From Octopus sinensis (taxonomy: Eukaryota): a stretch of 64,000 nt of DNA. Below the pieces are notes generated by a model that saw nothing but the letters and a program-made list of their open reading frames with translations, was not told where the DNA came from and did not search any database. Below are positions 50,628-62,193 of this stretch, in pieces (within the stretch, counting starts at the first letter, position 1; each line of letters starts with the position of its first letter). The translations under genes were made by a program, and so were the position numbers. The DNA lies in the NCBI RefSeq assembly GCF_006345805.1, contig NW_021832436.1, positions 62,001 through 126,000 on the forward strand, written 5' to 3'.

Positions 50628-51870
50628 ATGTCTAGTGAGGTGGTCGATTATTTGTGTATTACTTTGAAATCCTTTTACAACTACAAGTACAGGAATATAA
50701 TGAATATTATTTTAGAAATTATATGTTTAACAAAATTGCACTTATAGTTTCAAATTATGAAAGACTTTCAGATCGACACAAATCATATCTCCCAAATTTC
50801 AACACATATATCATCAAAATTAAAGATTTAGTCAATGAAAACTATACTTTCATAAAAAATGTGCTAACTTATTCTCAGCCATTTATCTACGATTTTCTGC
50901 CCGAGGATTCATCGAAGCAGTTTCTTTTGGAAAACGTGGCTTGAATATTATATTTAAAGTTACACGCTGCCAAAACACGTGAATACGAAATGGACAAATT
51001 GGTGTCAGTGTTGCGTCACATTGTCCGCGATTGGGGGGTCGAAGGGGCACAGGAACGTTTCACGTGCTACAGTCCAATCATTGATCAAATTTCTGCATTT
51101 CTGCCTCCAAGCAAGTAAACCATTTTGTGTAGAAGGTAGTTCTGTCAATGTATTGGTACCTGGAGCTGGGCTCGGGAGACTTGCCTGGGAGTTGGCCGCA
51201 CTGGGGTATACATGTGAGGGGAATGAGCAGTCCCTCGACATGTTACTTATATCCCAATACATCATCAATAAGTCAATCTTGTCCTTTACTTAAAGTATCA
51301 CTCGCGAAGAGTCGGTTGTGGTGTATCCGTGGGTTGGCGGTTTCAGCAATCGAATGGCCAACGAAGACCAACTCAGACCTTCCCGATTCCCCGACGTGTC
51401 GCCTTCTTCTCGGGAAATCAACAACTTTTCGATGGTTGCTGGGGACTTTCTGAAAGTCTATAACAACCGAGGCTGGAAGTTTTGTTTAATGTGGTAGAAC
51501 ACTGGGATTGTGTTGTCACGTGTTTTTTTATTGATACTGCCCACAATGTAATGGACTATATTGACAAGATTTATGACATTCTGGTTCCTGGCGGACTTTG
51601 GATTAATTTAGGTTTTGGGTTGTTGAAACAGATAGGTCCCCTCCTCTACCATTATTCTGGCACTGATAATGTGATTGAGCTCAGTTATGAGGATATTCGT
51701 GCAGTAGTCGAGTCTATGTTTGCTTTCGAGGTGACAATGGGAGGTTCATGTTCTAGTATGAGCAGACTGACCTTCCTGGAATCTATGTCCATGATGACTA
51801 CTCCATGCTTCACTACGCATACAGGGTTGTCTTATTCGTTGCCAGAAAACAAACACCGCTGTCTTCTTGA
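50628..51870 (+). CDS. CARNMT1: carnosine N-methyltransferase (N2227 family)
   Basis: [28 protein letters not shown]; [17 protein letters not shown]; YPW..FPDV; MVAGDF; [24 protein letters not shown]. Confidence 0.9.
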
Positions 51871-52488
51871 TTGTTTGTCTTTTTATGAGAGTGATAGAAT
51901 AAAATATACATCAATTTTGATCTCAGATGAGAGTGAACTTGATAATAAGTTAAGCTGTTTTGTCTACATTGAAAAGCTTCCTCTGTGATTTTTAACCTTG
52001 GAAGTTTTAGTTTCCAATCATGATAAGATCTCATTCTCGATCAGGGAAAGTCTTTTTTAGTAGCCACATAAACCTTTGGAGGGAGTAAAGAGCAGGATAA
52101 TCATCAAGTTTGCCTTGAAAACCACGCGATTTCATCTATTGAGTGGATTAAAAATTGTAAAAACTGGACGACGACACACTTTAATAGCCTGACTAGGCAA
52201 GGAAAGTAAGGGTGGCCTTGCTGGGAATTAAATTATATAATCGACGATAATTTATCAATAAAATTAGAATTCAAATTAATTGAATTTCCAAGGTTAGAAT
52301 AAATCCATAAAATTTCCAAGTTTAAAAAGGTGAAAGAATATATTAGATTTGACATTCTCTGTAGCTGAAAAATGTTGTGTCATATTATAAAAAATAAAAT
52401 ATTCTGTTTCAGAAAAACGATTTCTTCGTAAAATATCCGTGATAGTGAATTATATAAATATTTTTTCGTGAATTAGCGATTTTTATTA

Positions 52489-53560
52489 ATGTCATTGTAT
52501 TTATTAGTGCCACTTTTAAATTCATTCTTCTTTTTTATAAAAATTATTTGCTCAACAAGGGAAGCAATTTTTTTTCCAAATAACCCACTCGTCCCATCTT
52601 TAATTCTTGAAGAATGTCCACTTTTAAAAATTGAGCGTATAATCAAAAATTTTGATTAATTAAGACGTGAATGCTAAGATGTCAACAAAAATGAAGATTG
52701 GCCACTCTCTATTTCAATGTACACACAATGAAACAGTTATAATTTGGTATGAAGGTAGCAATCACTTGACGTACAAATAGCTCCTCCTATGGGAATTTAT
52801 CATTTGAGTTCGGATTTTAAATATAATGCCATTGAATTTCACAGATTGAAAAACAGTGATCTTGTTTCTAAAGAAAAAATATATATTGTAAACTTCATGC
52901 CTAAATTCTAGAGTTTTGGACCGGGAATGTTTGGCGCACTTCAGAAAGATCGTTATTATTCTACTTCTATTTATAGCGAATTGGTAAAAGCTCGATATTT
53001 AGCTGTCGCAATGAAACAAATGATTATATTCAGTTATTAAAGAAATATTATTTTAGAATTCAATTTCGTTGTTACCAATGTCATACTCATTCATGAAAAA
53101 AACAGTGTTATATTTAAAATTGTAACTACATCAAAAAAATACGCATCATGTGAAATATGTGTTATGGATTTATGCCAATTGACAATTAATGGTTTATCAA
53201 AATAATTTAGATTAAGATTCTGCTTGGTTTTACGCAAATAAGAAAGGAAAGCATACTGTAAATTTGACAATAACATACATTGAAGGTAATAAAGAAGTTT
53301 ACATATTCGAATCTCATTTTGGAGGAACTACAAAAAAAGTAATTCTATTGTTTCAAAACATTAGGCGTTTCGATATAAAGTATTAATATCCTATATTCTT
53401 GGCTTTATATCTATTTTATTGTTCGGATGGCTGTTGAAAATATGTTTTGCAATATAAATTAATATTTTTAGATATCAAAACTCGAAATAAAAATAAAGTG
53501 TCAGAACAAAGTGAAGAAGATGAGAAATCTCAGATTATAATTGAATACGGTGTTAACTAA
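52489..53560 (+). CDS. orphan type I membrane protein, ~296 aa, 8 exons
   Basis: Seven GT-AG introns of 28, 26, 24, 24, 25, 26 and 28 nt give an uninterrupted 891-nt frame; signal-peptide-like MSLYLLVPLLNSFFFFIKIICS; TM VLISYILGFISILLFGWLL followed by KTRNKNK. Confidence 0.75.
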
Positions 53561-53644
53561 TAGTTTTATTGTTAAACTAGTTTATTTAATTTTCATTTTA
53601 GGCTAATTAGCAACCTTTTTAAATAAGTTTTATAATTTTTAATG

Positions 53645-53740
53645 AAAAGGGTGACCGGCGACCCGTGTGAACATCGGTATTTAACCGAACGAATATCTAT
53701 AGCCATATTCAGAGGCAATACTCTGGCTATCTGTCAATGA
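53645..53740 (+). mobile_element. short CRE-like 3' end
   Basis: TGDPCEHRYLTERISIAIFRGNTLAI. Confidence 0.6.
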
Positions 53741-53869
53741 AAATTTTTCTCTAGTCCTTTATTAATAAGGGTTTATTTCCTAAAAAAATTTTTTTAATTC
53801 AATTGAACCAAATACCTAAAAAACATAACCATCACTTCATTTAGCAAGGAAAACTAGTCATACATTCAA

Positions 53870-54910
53870 GCTGCTATTTCACATTCGGACGTTATTGTGC
53901 TGCGCTCTCACTTTACTTTGGGAGCATTAGGGTTCGTTCTTGTGTAGATCTTGTCTTGATATCTTTTCTCGTTGTCCGCTTTTGGACATTTCGTTCGCTC
54001 TGTTCGTATAAACTCACCTGAACTTGGCGAGCTTACAAAATACCCTGTTGCTGTTCACGCCTGGAGATTGCTCGGATTTGACCTTCCAGAGAATCCTGCT
54101 ATGCAGAAGAGTTGGGATGTCATCAGATGTTCACACCTGTTTGAGAGCCTTCGCTCGTAAGCCGAAGGCAGCTAGCTTCCTTGAACTGCGTCTGCCAGCC
54201 CCACTCTGGAGATTGGCTAAACGTTCTCCCGTTGGGGTCCAAAGGTCTACTTTTGGAGGACGAGGCTGTTTGCATCGGAGTGTGTATTTAACATAGACTT
54301 GATATATGCCAAACGCACCGTTGCCGATGTGGTTTCATGATTCCTTCAAACGGATTACACTCCTTTTTTGAGAAGTGCTAGCCTATTTCCACGCCATGCT
54401 CTGTTCAATTAAGTGATTCAGAGGGCTTTTGATTCCGCAGGATTTCCGTCTATACTGGAACCAGTTGATATTTTTTGGGGTGACGGAAAACGTCCCGACG
54501 AGATGATTACATTCTCATTCAAGGGAGGTAGGTCTCCCGTTTGGGACGTGACCTGTGTGAATTTCCTGTTGGATACATTGTTGTCCAGGACGGCATGTTC
54601 GCCAGGCTATGCGGAGGAAAAGAAAATGTTGAAATACGCTCAGCTTTCGGAGGCTTATGAGTTCGTGCCCCTCGCCTTCGAGACCACTGGTGTGGGCGGT
54701 AAAGAGGCTGAGAAGTTGTTACGCCTGGTGGGCAAAAAAATCGCATTAAAGACCAATGACCGGAGGGCGACGAGCTGGCTCTTTCAGCGCGTCTCGGTCT
54801 TAATTCTTCGTGGGAACTACCTCTCGATTCGCAACGCATCTTGGTCGGACTGACCATCAAGTCTGCGTTATTTTCTTTTCATTAAATAAACGAATTTAGT
54901 TTCAAAAAAA
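53870..54910 (+). mobile_element. degenerate CRE-like 3' half (lineage B)
   Basis: GDGKRPDEMITFSFKGG..WDVTCV..YEFVPLAFETTG..WLFQRVSVLILRGN; short A tail. Confidence 0.85.
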
Positions 54911-55599
54911 ACTAACGAGATTGAAATAGATTTTCTGTTGGTCTTCTTGACATCTGATTTCTACATTTAGTATGTTGGAGATTTTCTTCCATGAAGGACG
55001 GTTTTAAATAATCTCAATACTTTGATCGGTTTTCCATGTTTTGTTGTATAAAATAAGAATAATTAGATCCATTTCGATGTTTAATAAAATTTGATTGCAC
55101 AAATGAATTGCATCCAAACCATAATATTTTTCTTATTATGAAAAATTGCATTTTAATGATTATTAGTCCGCTCGAAAAATTCAAACAATGTTGAATTAAC
55201 AAAATATTATTCCTAAATATAAGCTTATTTTGTAAAAAATTCGTAGAACAGGAACACTGCTTCATACAACTAAACGTGGTGCCTAATAACTTTTTTCTTT
55301 AAAATTCTAAGTTGTGTGCATTAAAGTTGGCCAGAATCACTAAAACTAAATAAAACTATCTCTTATAATCTTTGATACTACTTATAGATGGAATTTTTTA
55401 TTCCTCGGAATTTAGCTGATTTTCATAAGATAAAATAAGTTTAGAATTCTTCAGCTAACCTTTATCCAAGACTTTGACTGGGTCACCACACACAAGGATG
55501 TCACTTGTTGTAGTTATTTCCAGACCCATGTCATTCATACAATCTTCAAAGACTTCGCCCATCGAGTGGACGATCTCTGAAATCCCAGCGAACAGTTTA

Positions 55600-56075
55600 G
55601 TCCTTAGTCATCAACTATTACAATCAATCGGAGCAGAAGGGTTACCTACTTTAGGAATCAAATAAGTGACCCCAGTACATAACCATTTTTGAATCGAGCC
55701 AGGTTCAAGTGTAAACTGTTCGATTTTTCGACAAATGCAATCATAAATTGGTTTGCATTTTTATAAAGAAATTATACACCTTATCGACCCCAGGTGTCTT
55801 CAGTCAGAGAGATGGGTTACTGCCTGATAAAACTTCTTTTGGATGTCAAAACAAGACTCAATCATTGAGGGAGCATCGGATCCACAAAACGGAAACGACA
55901 CACTCTTGCGAGGACGTGCTTTCCACATACTCCTCCATATGCCAAGCACTTCGGCCTTTTCCTCAGTACCTTCCTTCATCTATCCGTCCTGCTGCCGATA
56001 GAACAGTTTGGGTGAAAACTCCAACAGATGTTCTCTCGCCTGCGCTGACACAGAGATCATGAGTTGAAAGCTTCT
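55600..56075 (+). mobile_element. ingi/Vingi-like LINE 3' relic
   Basis: Homologous to 32300-32560 in reverse (e.g. CCCAGGTGT..CAGTCAGAGA, GGGAGCATCGGAT.ACAAAACG). Confidence 0.6.
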
Positions 56076-56134
56076 TCTAATAAACAAGAATCAGCTCCTC
56101 TTTGTCTGGACACGCCTTAATTCGTTAAGGCCTC

Positions 56135-56900
56135 ATTTGACAGCTCGTACTTGACGAAATACAGTACGTAGCAAAGGAGGAGTCTTGCCCTTGACCACAT
56201 TCCTCACATTATAAATGTGCCCAGTCAGGACTTCCAGCTCGGCCTTTCCTGCTGTTACCTTCGTGGCAATGTTTTCCTTCCACTTATTCTTTGACCAAGG
56301 CTTTTGGGTAATTTCATCATAGGTTGTCTGTGCCTAGTACAAATAGAAAGAAATCTCGTCGCTGTCTCTGGAGCCTTACGCACGATCGGGTAAGATATGG
56401 GACGATTAATGCGATTCATAACATCACTCCTGAGTTGCCACCAAGATATTTTCAGGTCGCTCTGCGGTCCGCAAGAAGGACAACACGATTCGCAGAAATA
56501 TGCCTACTAAATATCTCATTAACTAGTATCAATAACTCGCTACTCTGGTGCTCGTGTTGTTCAGAACACGGGGGTATCCAGTCGGCGTAACCGCACCGCC
56601 AGTCCTCGCCCGAGAGCCAGGAGGAGAGGTCTTGGCCAGTTTCTTCAGTATATTTAATGATAGGTTCGAGTTAAAGCATCAACTAAAGCACCGAAGCATG
56701 GTAAGCCATTCATTCCTGGAAATCCTGGAATATCTTCCCAACACTTGATAAAAAACGAATTTAACCCAGTCCTTTCGGGGAATGCACTCAGTCCCTTTTG
56801 TAATGGCAAGAACAATGTTCTGTCCATCGGACGTCCATCTCTCCGGTGCGGTTGTCTATCCTGCTCTAGGTATATTATTATGAATAATATTGTTGTTATT
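56135..56900 (-). other. unidentified coding-like, possibly spliced segment
   Basis: A minus-strand model with four 22-50-nt GT-AG introns gives a ~200-codon frame, but no start or homology was established and + strand splice signals also exist. Confidence 0.25.
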
Positions 56901-57272
56901 CTGATTTCCAGGTGGAACACACATCAACAAATTATCACATTATTCAAAAGATCTGCTGGAATCCTTCAGGTATAAAAGCTAAAATTGATAGTAAACTGTT
57001 AGTTTGAATTAGTTATACGTTACCAAGTAAGTTACCTGCTGAGATACCAAAAAATATTGATTAATAAACTGGGGTCACTAAATTTTTCATTGAGAGAAAG
57101 AATTGTGATTTAGATCAGAGGAGATGCATTGGAGAGGATGGAATTTTGTTTTGAAGGCGTAATTAATTCCATGCTGAATATTAAAAACGGACTAATATTC
57201 ATTAAATAATAATAATTTTTTATTCGATAAATTAAATAATCGTTGAGATTAAATAAAACACAATACCTCGTT

Positions 57273-58122
57273 ATGTCATCTTATGACAGGGCGACTACTA
57301 TTTTTTCTCCTGATGGTCGCCTTTTTCAGGTCGATTATGCACAAGAAACAGTTAATAAGGGAAATAGCGCAGTTTAGAATTTTAATTTATTATTTAAGGT
57401 TGGGGTCTGCGGAAAAAATTTGGTAGTTTTGGGTGTTGAGCGCAAAGTGGTTGGGAAGCTACAAATTGAAAGCACTGTTCGTAAAATAGCAAGCATCGAC
57501 GATCACATCGCAGTGGCCTTTGCTGGTCTTACTGCCGACGCCAGGAAAGTCATTAAAATGGCTCGGTTTGAATCCCTCAGCCACAAACTGATGATGGAGG
57601 ACTCGATTCTTCCATCCACCCTAGTCAGATATGTCGCAGACCTCAAACAGGTTTTTATCACGCTTTTATTCTAAGAAATTTACTCGATCATCGGGAAGAA
57701 GGCCTTTTGGATTTTCAATGCTGATTGTTGGTTTCGATGATTCTGCCCATTTGTATGTGACTGATCCTGCTGGCAATTACTGTGAGTGGAAGGTTAGCGG
57801 TGGCTTCTTATTGGTAGGCTGCGGCTATAGGAAGGAACAGTAGTCGTGTCTTGGAGTTCTTGGAGACTAATTATACCGACGAAATAGCGTCCTCTGACCA
57901 TCTTGTCAAAAAATTGGCACTAAGAGCTCTGTTAGAGGTCGCTCAATCTTGCGTGGACAATTTGGAGATTGCAGTCATGGGATATAACATGCCACTTACT
58001 GTAAATTTGGTTAGTTATTTGTGTAGACTTTGACAAATGATGAGTTGCGTGCTCTTTTTGAAGAGATTGAGAAGGACAAACAGGACGAAATTGAGAGTAG
58101 ACGATCTAGAAGACTAGTTTAG
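57273..58122 (+). CDS. PSMA7: 20S proteasome subunit alpha type 4 (alpha-7 in human nomenclature)
   Basis: [24 protein letters not shown]; [10 protein letters not shown]; [15 protein letters not shown]; [18 protein letters not shown]; 4 introns of 25-27 nt. Confidence 0.95.
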
Positions 58123-58789
58123 TCCTATATCATTCCTGTTATTTCTTTTTGTTCACTTCTTATTCTACTAATCGTTTTTCTTGCTTTTAGTTTGTTGTAT
58201 ACAACTTCAATCAGGGGTTTCTTACCTTTATAGCTTGTTTGCGGTCTTCACAAAAAATATTTTGTTATTATGAGGAAAAAATAATAAGAATGAACTGAGA
58301 ATTGATTTCTGTTCGTCACCTATTATTTTGGAGTAAATTTTAATGACGATATATACGTCAAAGTTGATTTAGACGTTCATCAGTCAACCAATTTCAATGC
58401 TTAGTTTCTATTTTCGTAAGTTTTTGATACATGCGTACGTTGACCCGTAGACTGATGCGTTTTTTGATCATTATCAACCAAATTCGAATATTACAAAATC
58501 CAGTAGCTCATGCGACTTAAATATCGCGGCAAATTTTAAATCTATCTCCATTTCAAGTAGCCCCAGTTGATGAAGAGGTTGCAGGTTCGATTTTCATACG
58601 TGACAAAAATATTTGCATAGTAAATAGAGCTTTTTTAAAACCATTAAAACATGTTTCAAATTCATTTATTAATGCGTTAACAAAGTAGGTATATTTTTTG
58701 TATGATCAGTCTTTCCGGCTTACCGATCTTACGGTTGTACGGTAAAGTATTTTTGAATAAATATACTTAGGTATCCGATTCTAATTACC

Positions 58790-59010
58790 ATGTAACGACA
58801 GGAAGTGCAGATTAAAGATTCCAGTCGGATCTTAATTTCCCTTCGATCACGGGAAATGCCTAATCTGGGACGCGACATGCTCAGACATATTCTTTGCCCA
58901 CAATCTGATCTTATCAGTTGTTGAACCTGGCTCGACGGAAAGATACGCGGAGCTCGCAAAGACAAGAAAATACGTTTCCGTGACCAGAAATGACATATAT
59001 GTTCATTTAG
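58790..59010 (+). mobile_element. degenerate CRE-like RLE fragment
   Basis: FPFDHGKCLIWDATCSD..EPGS..AELAKTRKY. Confidence 0.7.
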
Positions 59011-59169
59011 AGAACTTTAAAAGTTACGTAAACTTTTTTATTCTAGAAATATTAATATTCCTATGGAAATTTTTATTTTCATCTTCCAAAGAATAGTTGT
59101 GATTATTTTCTTCAATGATTCTATATTTCAATTTATTGATATTATCAAATAAGAGAAGCATTCTATTGT

Positions 59170-59400
59170 TTGTATTAGGATTTGTATTACTTTAAAACAA
59201 ATCAATGATAACAAGAATCTAAAATATAACTATAGCCATACCCATGAATTTGAATCGTTTAATTCCAAATATCTCTCTAAGTCAATAAGATCGGCTATGT
59301 GTCTATCACGCGGACCTCTCCCAATGATTGGTGTAATAGGACGTTTTGTCGCCATCAATATTTTTGACTAATTCTTATTCTAATTATTATAACTGACAAG
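59170..59400 (-). mobile_element. Ginger-like DDE integrase/transposase relic with a mini-intron
   Basis: KRPITPIIGRGPRDRHIADLIDL..SW|ILVIIDLF resembles the start of an rve integrase core; 23-nt intron at 59219-59241. Confidence 0.45.
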
Positions 59401-59829
59401 AAACATAATTTTTAATCTCATTTCGAGTAAAACCGTTAAAACATTCAGAAAACGCATCAGTCTACAGATATGCATGTATCAAAAACTTATAAAAAAACAT
59501 TTTCTATTCGCACAGTAATTTAGGTAGACAACCCCGCATCTTGCCTTTGGAGATGCTGACAGGCACTGGCGATGTTGCAGACACACTTATTTGATGATAA
59601 ATCTCTTTTAGTTTCTATAAGAGACAGTCACGCTCTCAAGGGTTTTCTTTATAGTAAGTGATTGAATCTATGGGTGACATTGTTAAAAAAATGATTCTGT
59701 TTGAAAAGTAGAACAATTAACTTTCTTGTTCTCTCATTAAAAGTTCGCCTGTGTGGGGGTGGCGCAAGCGAAACCTCAGTAACCTACGGGTCTCTGGTTT
59801 TGCGATGTGCTTGTTGTTGTTACTAATCA

Positions 59830-60830
59830 AACTATAAATAAAATTTATTTAAAAATGCTCTTTCGTATATGAGAAAATCTTTCAAAGATAGGTTCACAAT
59901 AAATGTTTAAATATCTATACGTTTCAAGATTTTAGAAAATAATAAACAACTCTTTTGTTCGTTATACATCCTCTATATCCTAAAGTGAGCACTTTAAAGT
60001 TATTGCCGTTTGAAATTAAAGCAGCTGAGTTCGAAATGCAACTATTGGACTTGAAATGTAAGAAATTATAGATATCAAAGTTTATTTGCCTTTCAGAAAA
60101 ATTTGAAACTTTGGAAAAGAAAAATTATTTGGTAAAATTAAAAGTGATATTGATGTTATGCTAAAAAACTTGAAGACGTGATTTTTAAAACTTGGAGTTT
60201 TCTTCCAAATTCTTTTTATAAATTGAAAAATATTCATATGGAATTTTGACAATATTTGGGTCCATTTATATGCGTAAACAAAGTTTTTTGTACATGAATT
60301 ATATCATATCGAAATTAAGAAAAAAAACACAGGCTCAAATCTAGATTCAAACCTTAGAATAAAATTGACTACCCTGACATCAAACCAGGTGTTCTCAACC
60401 GGGGGCGAATCGTCCCCCTAGGGAAGAAAATTTTGTACAGGGGGGCGATAATTAGGTCAAAAGGGGGTGATAATATATTTTAGCAGAATTAGATCCGACA
60501 TTGAATATTTAGCGAGTAAACATCAATATCAAGGGTCTCACTGATAATTTTTAATAAAAATTCAATTTTTACATTTGATTTATTGTTTTATATTTTGATT
60601 TTTGAGTTATATACAAAAAACAATCAATTAAGGGACAATGCACAAAAATGTTAAATTGTATGTAAACAAGGGGGCGATAAAATTTCAAAGGGAGCGATAA
60701 AATATCTAAGGGAGCGATGAATAAAAAAAAGGTTGAGAATGCCTGCATTAGACAATTCTTCAAAGAAATGAGGAGTCACATTTCTCATTACTAAGACTAA
60801 TAATTTTTTAATGAATTCTTAATTATTATT
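59830..60830 (+). mobile_element. 3' relic of the same hAT family as 8777-11133
   Basis: Direct nucleotide similarity to 8950-9560 including the intron region; interrupted by a MITE. Confidence 0.85.
60386..60745. mobile_element. 360-bp hAT-type MITE nested in the hAT relic
   Basis: TIRs CAGGTGTTCTCAACC / GGTTGAGAATGCCTG; flanks CATCAAAC / CATTAGAC; internal GGG(G/A)GCGATAA repeats. Confidence 0.85.
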
Positions 60831-61639
60831 AAATGTTTGTTTTGAACAAGTGGTAATAGATCGCTCTTCAATTTTCGAAATTTACAATAGTGTCAAACAT
60901 TGCCTCTTCTCTAAAAGTATTTTGCCGACTTCCGAACTAGATGATTAGGTACTGGTCTTTTTTATTTTTTAATCAAATTATTGAAGCAATCCTCCGATTT
61001 GTTGTCTGATTAGTCAATGGTAGGTCAACTCTACTTCTGAAAGGCAACTTCCTTGTCGTGTCAAACAAGTTTACTTTCATTAGAAAACATCTAGCTTTTG
61101 CATTCATATGGCTTCACCACTGACTTTAGACGAAAATAAATGTTTTTGCATTCATGTTTAAATGAATTAGACTCTTCAGAATTTTGGTCACCTTTTTTTT
61201 CTTAATTGTACATTCTTTAAGTAGCTTCTCATTATTTTGAAATACCATTTCAAAATAATAAATTCCCAAATTGTGTTTTTTTCATAGCCCCCAAGTTGCA
61301 CTTTATAGGCGCAACTCAGGCACTTGAACATCATTCTTCATCAAATACAGGCACTTGTAAATGAAATAATCGTTATATAAAGTTTATAAAACAACAAGGA
61401 AGCGAAAAACCTCAGAAAAAAATATCAATATCCAGTGCCATTGATTCATAACACTGACAGCTCGACATAAAATAATAATCCACGTTAAAATAATTATGTT
61501 AGCCTAATGGCCCATATAAAGATGTTTGTTAAAGATTATGCAGAGTACAATTTACTGAAATCCGTCTTTGAGAGGCAAGACGTAGATATTTTGAAAGTTA
61601 AAATGTTCTGACTAAAAAAGGAACTTGAGAATTTAATTA

Positions 61640-61974
61640 TTTATTTAACCCCATTCCCCTTGAATTGGGAGGGAATGCTGCACAAAGAAAATTGACAGAC
61701 TTTTTAGGGCCACACCATAAGTCAAGAATGGAGTTAATCTTGTATAATTTTCTCAAGAAGGCGAAGTTTTTACATTCCAGAAGGAAATGGCTTACTTTGT
61801 GTCGTATGTCAAGGCAGATTGGACAGGTCGGATCTACATTCTTTTCCAGTTTGTTTTGATAGTCGAGGAGTGAAGGATGGTGCCCACTGTGAAATCTCGC
61901 AAGTTTAACCAGATATCTACGGCTGAGATTCTTTGTTTATTTTTGGAGGGAGATGGTTAAGGATAGTGCGTTCA
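61640..61974 (-). mobile_element. 3' end of an ingi/Vingi- or I-like LINE
   Basis: ILNHLPPKINKE..ARFHSGHHPSL..DPTCPICLD..HKVSHFLLEC..SILDLW; ends GGGGTTA(AAT)n. Confidence 0.7.
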
Positions 61975-62193
61975 TCGTTTGTTAGACAAAACGGTCTTGC
62001 TTTTCTTTTATAGTGTAAAGTATAATTTATTTTTACGCATTTTTAATGTGCTGAAAAATATTTTGGTGTTATAATTAAGGTCATTTAAATATTTCAAACT
62101 CTTTTAACAGCTTTCTCTAATCTCGTTCGTAATGTGAATGTGTTCGTGAGAGAGAAAAAAATGTTAGTATATGCAAGAACTAAAACTAATATG

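Noticed and set aside
56100-56900. KRR1 or NAA40 identity for the unexplained segment
   Set aside because: Short resemblances (GPQSDLK, RRRGLGQFL) lie in incompatible frames or strands and do not extend
58560-58610. B-box-like GGTTCGATT suggesting a tRNA or SINE
   Set aside because: No cloverleaf or A-box could be formed; at most a SINE trace
58417-59489. Imperfect inverted repeat (58417-58464 vs 59448-59489) as TIRs of one element
   Set aside because: No terminal motif or TSD; more likely two copies of a small dispersed repeat
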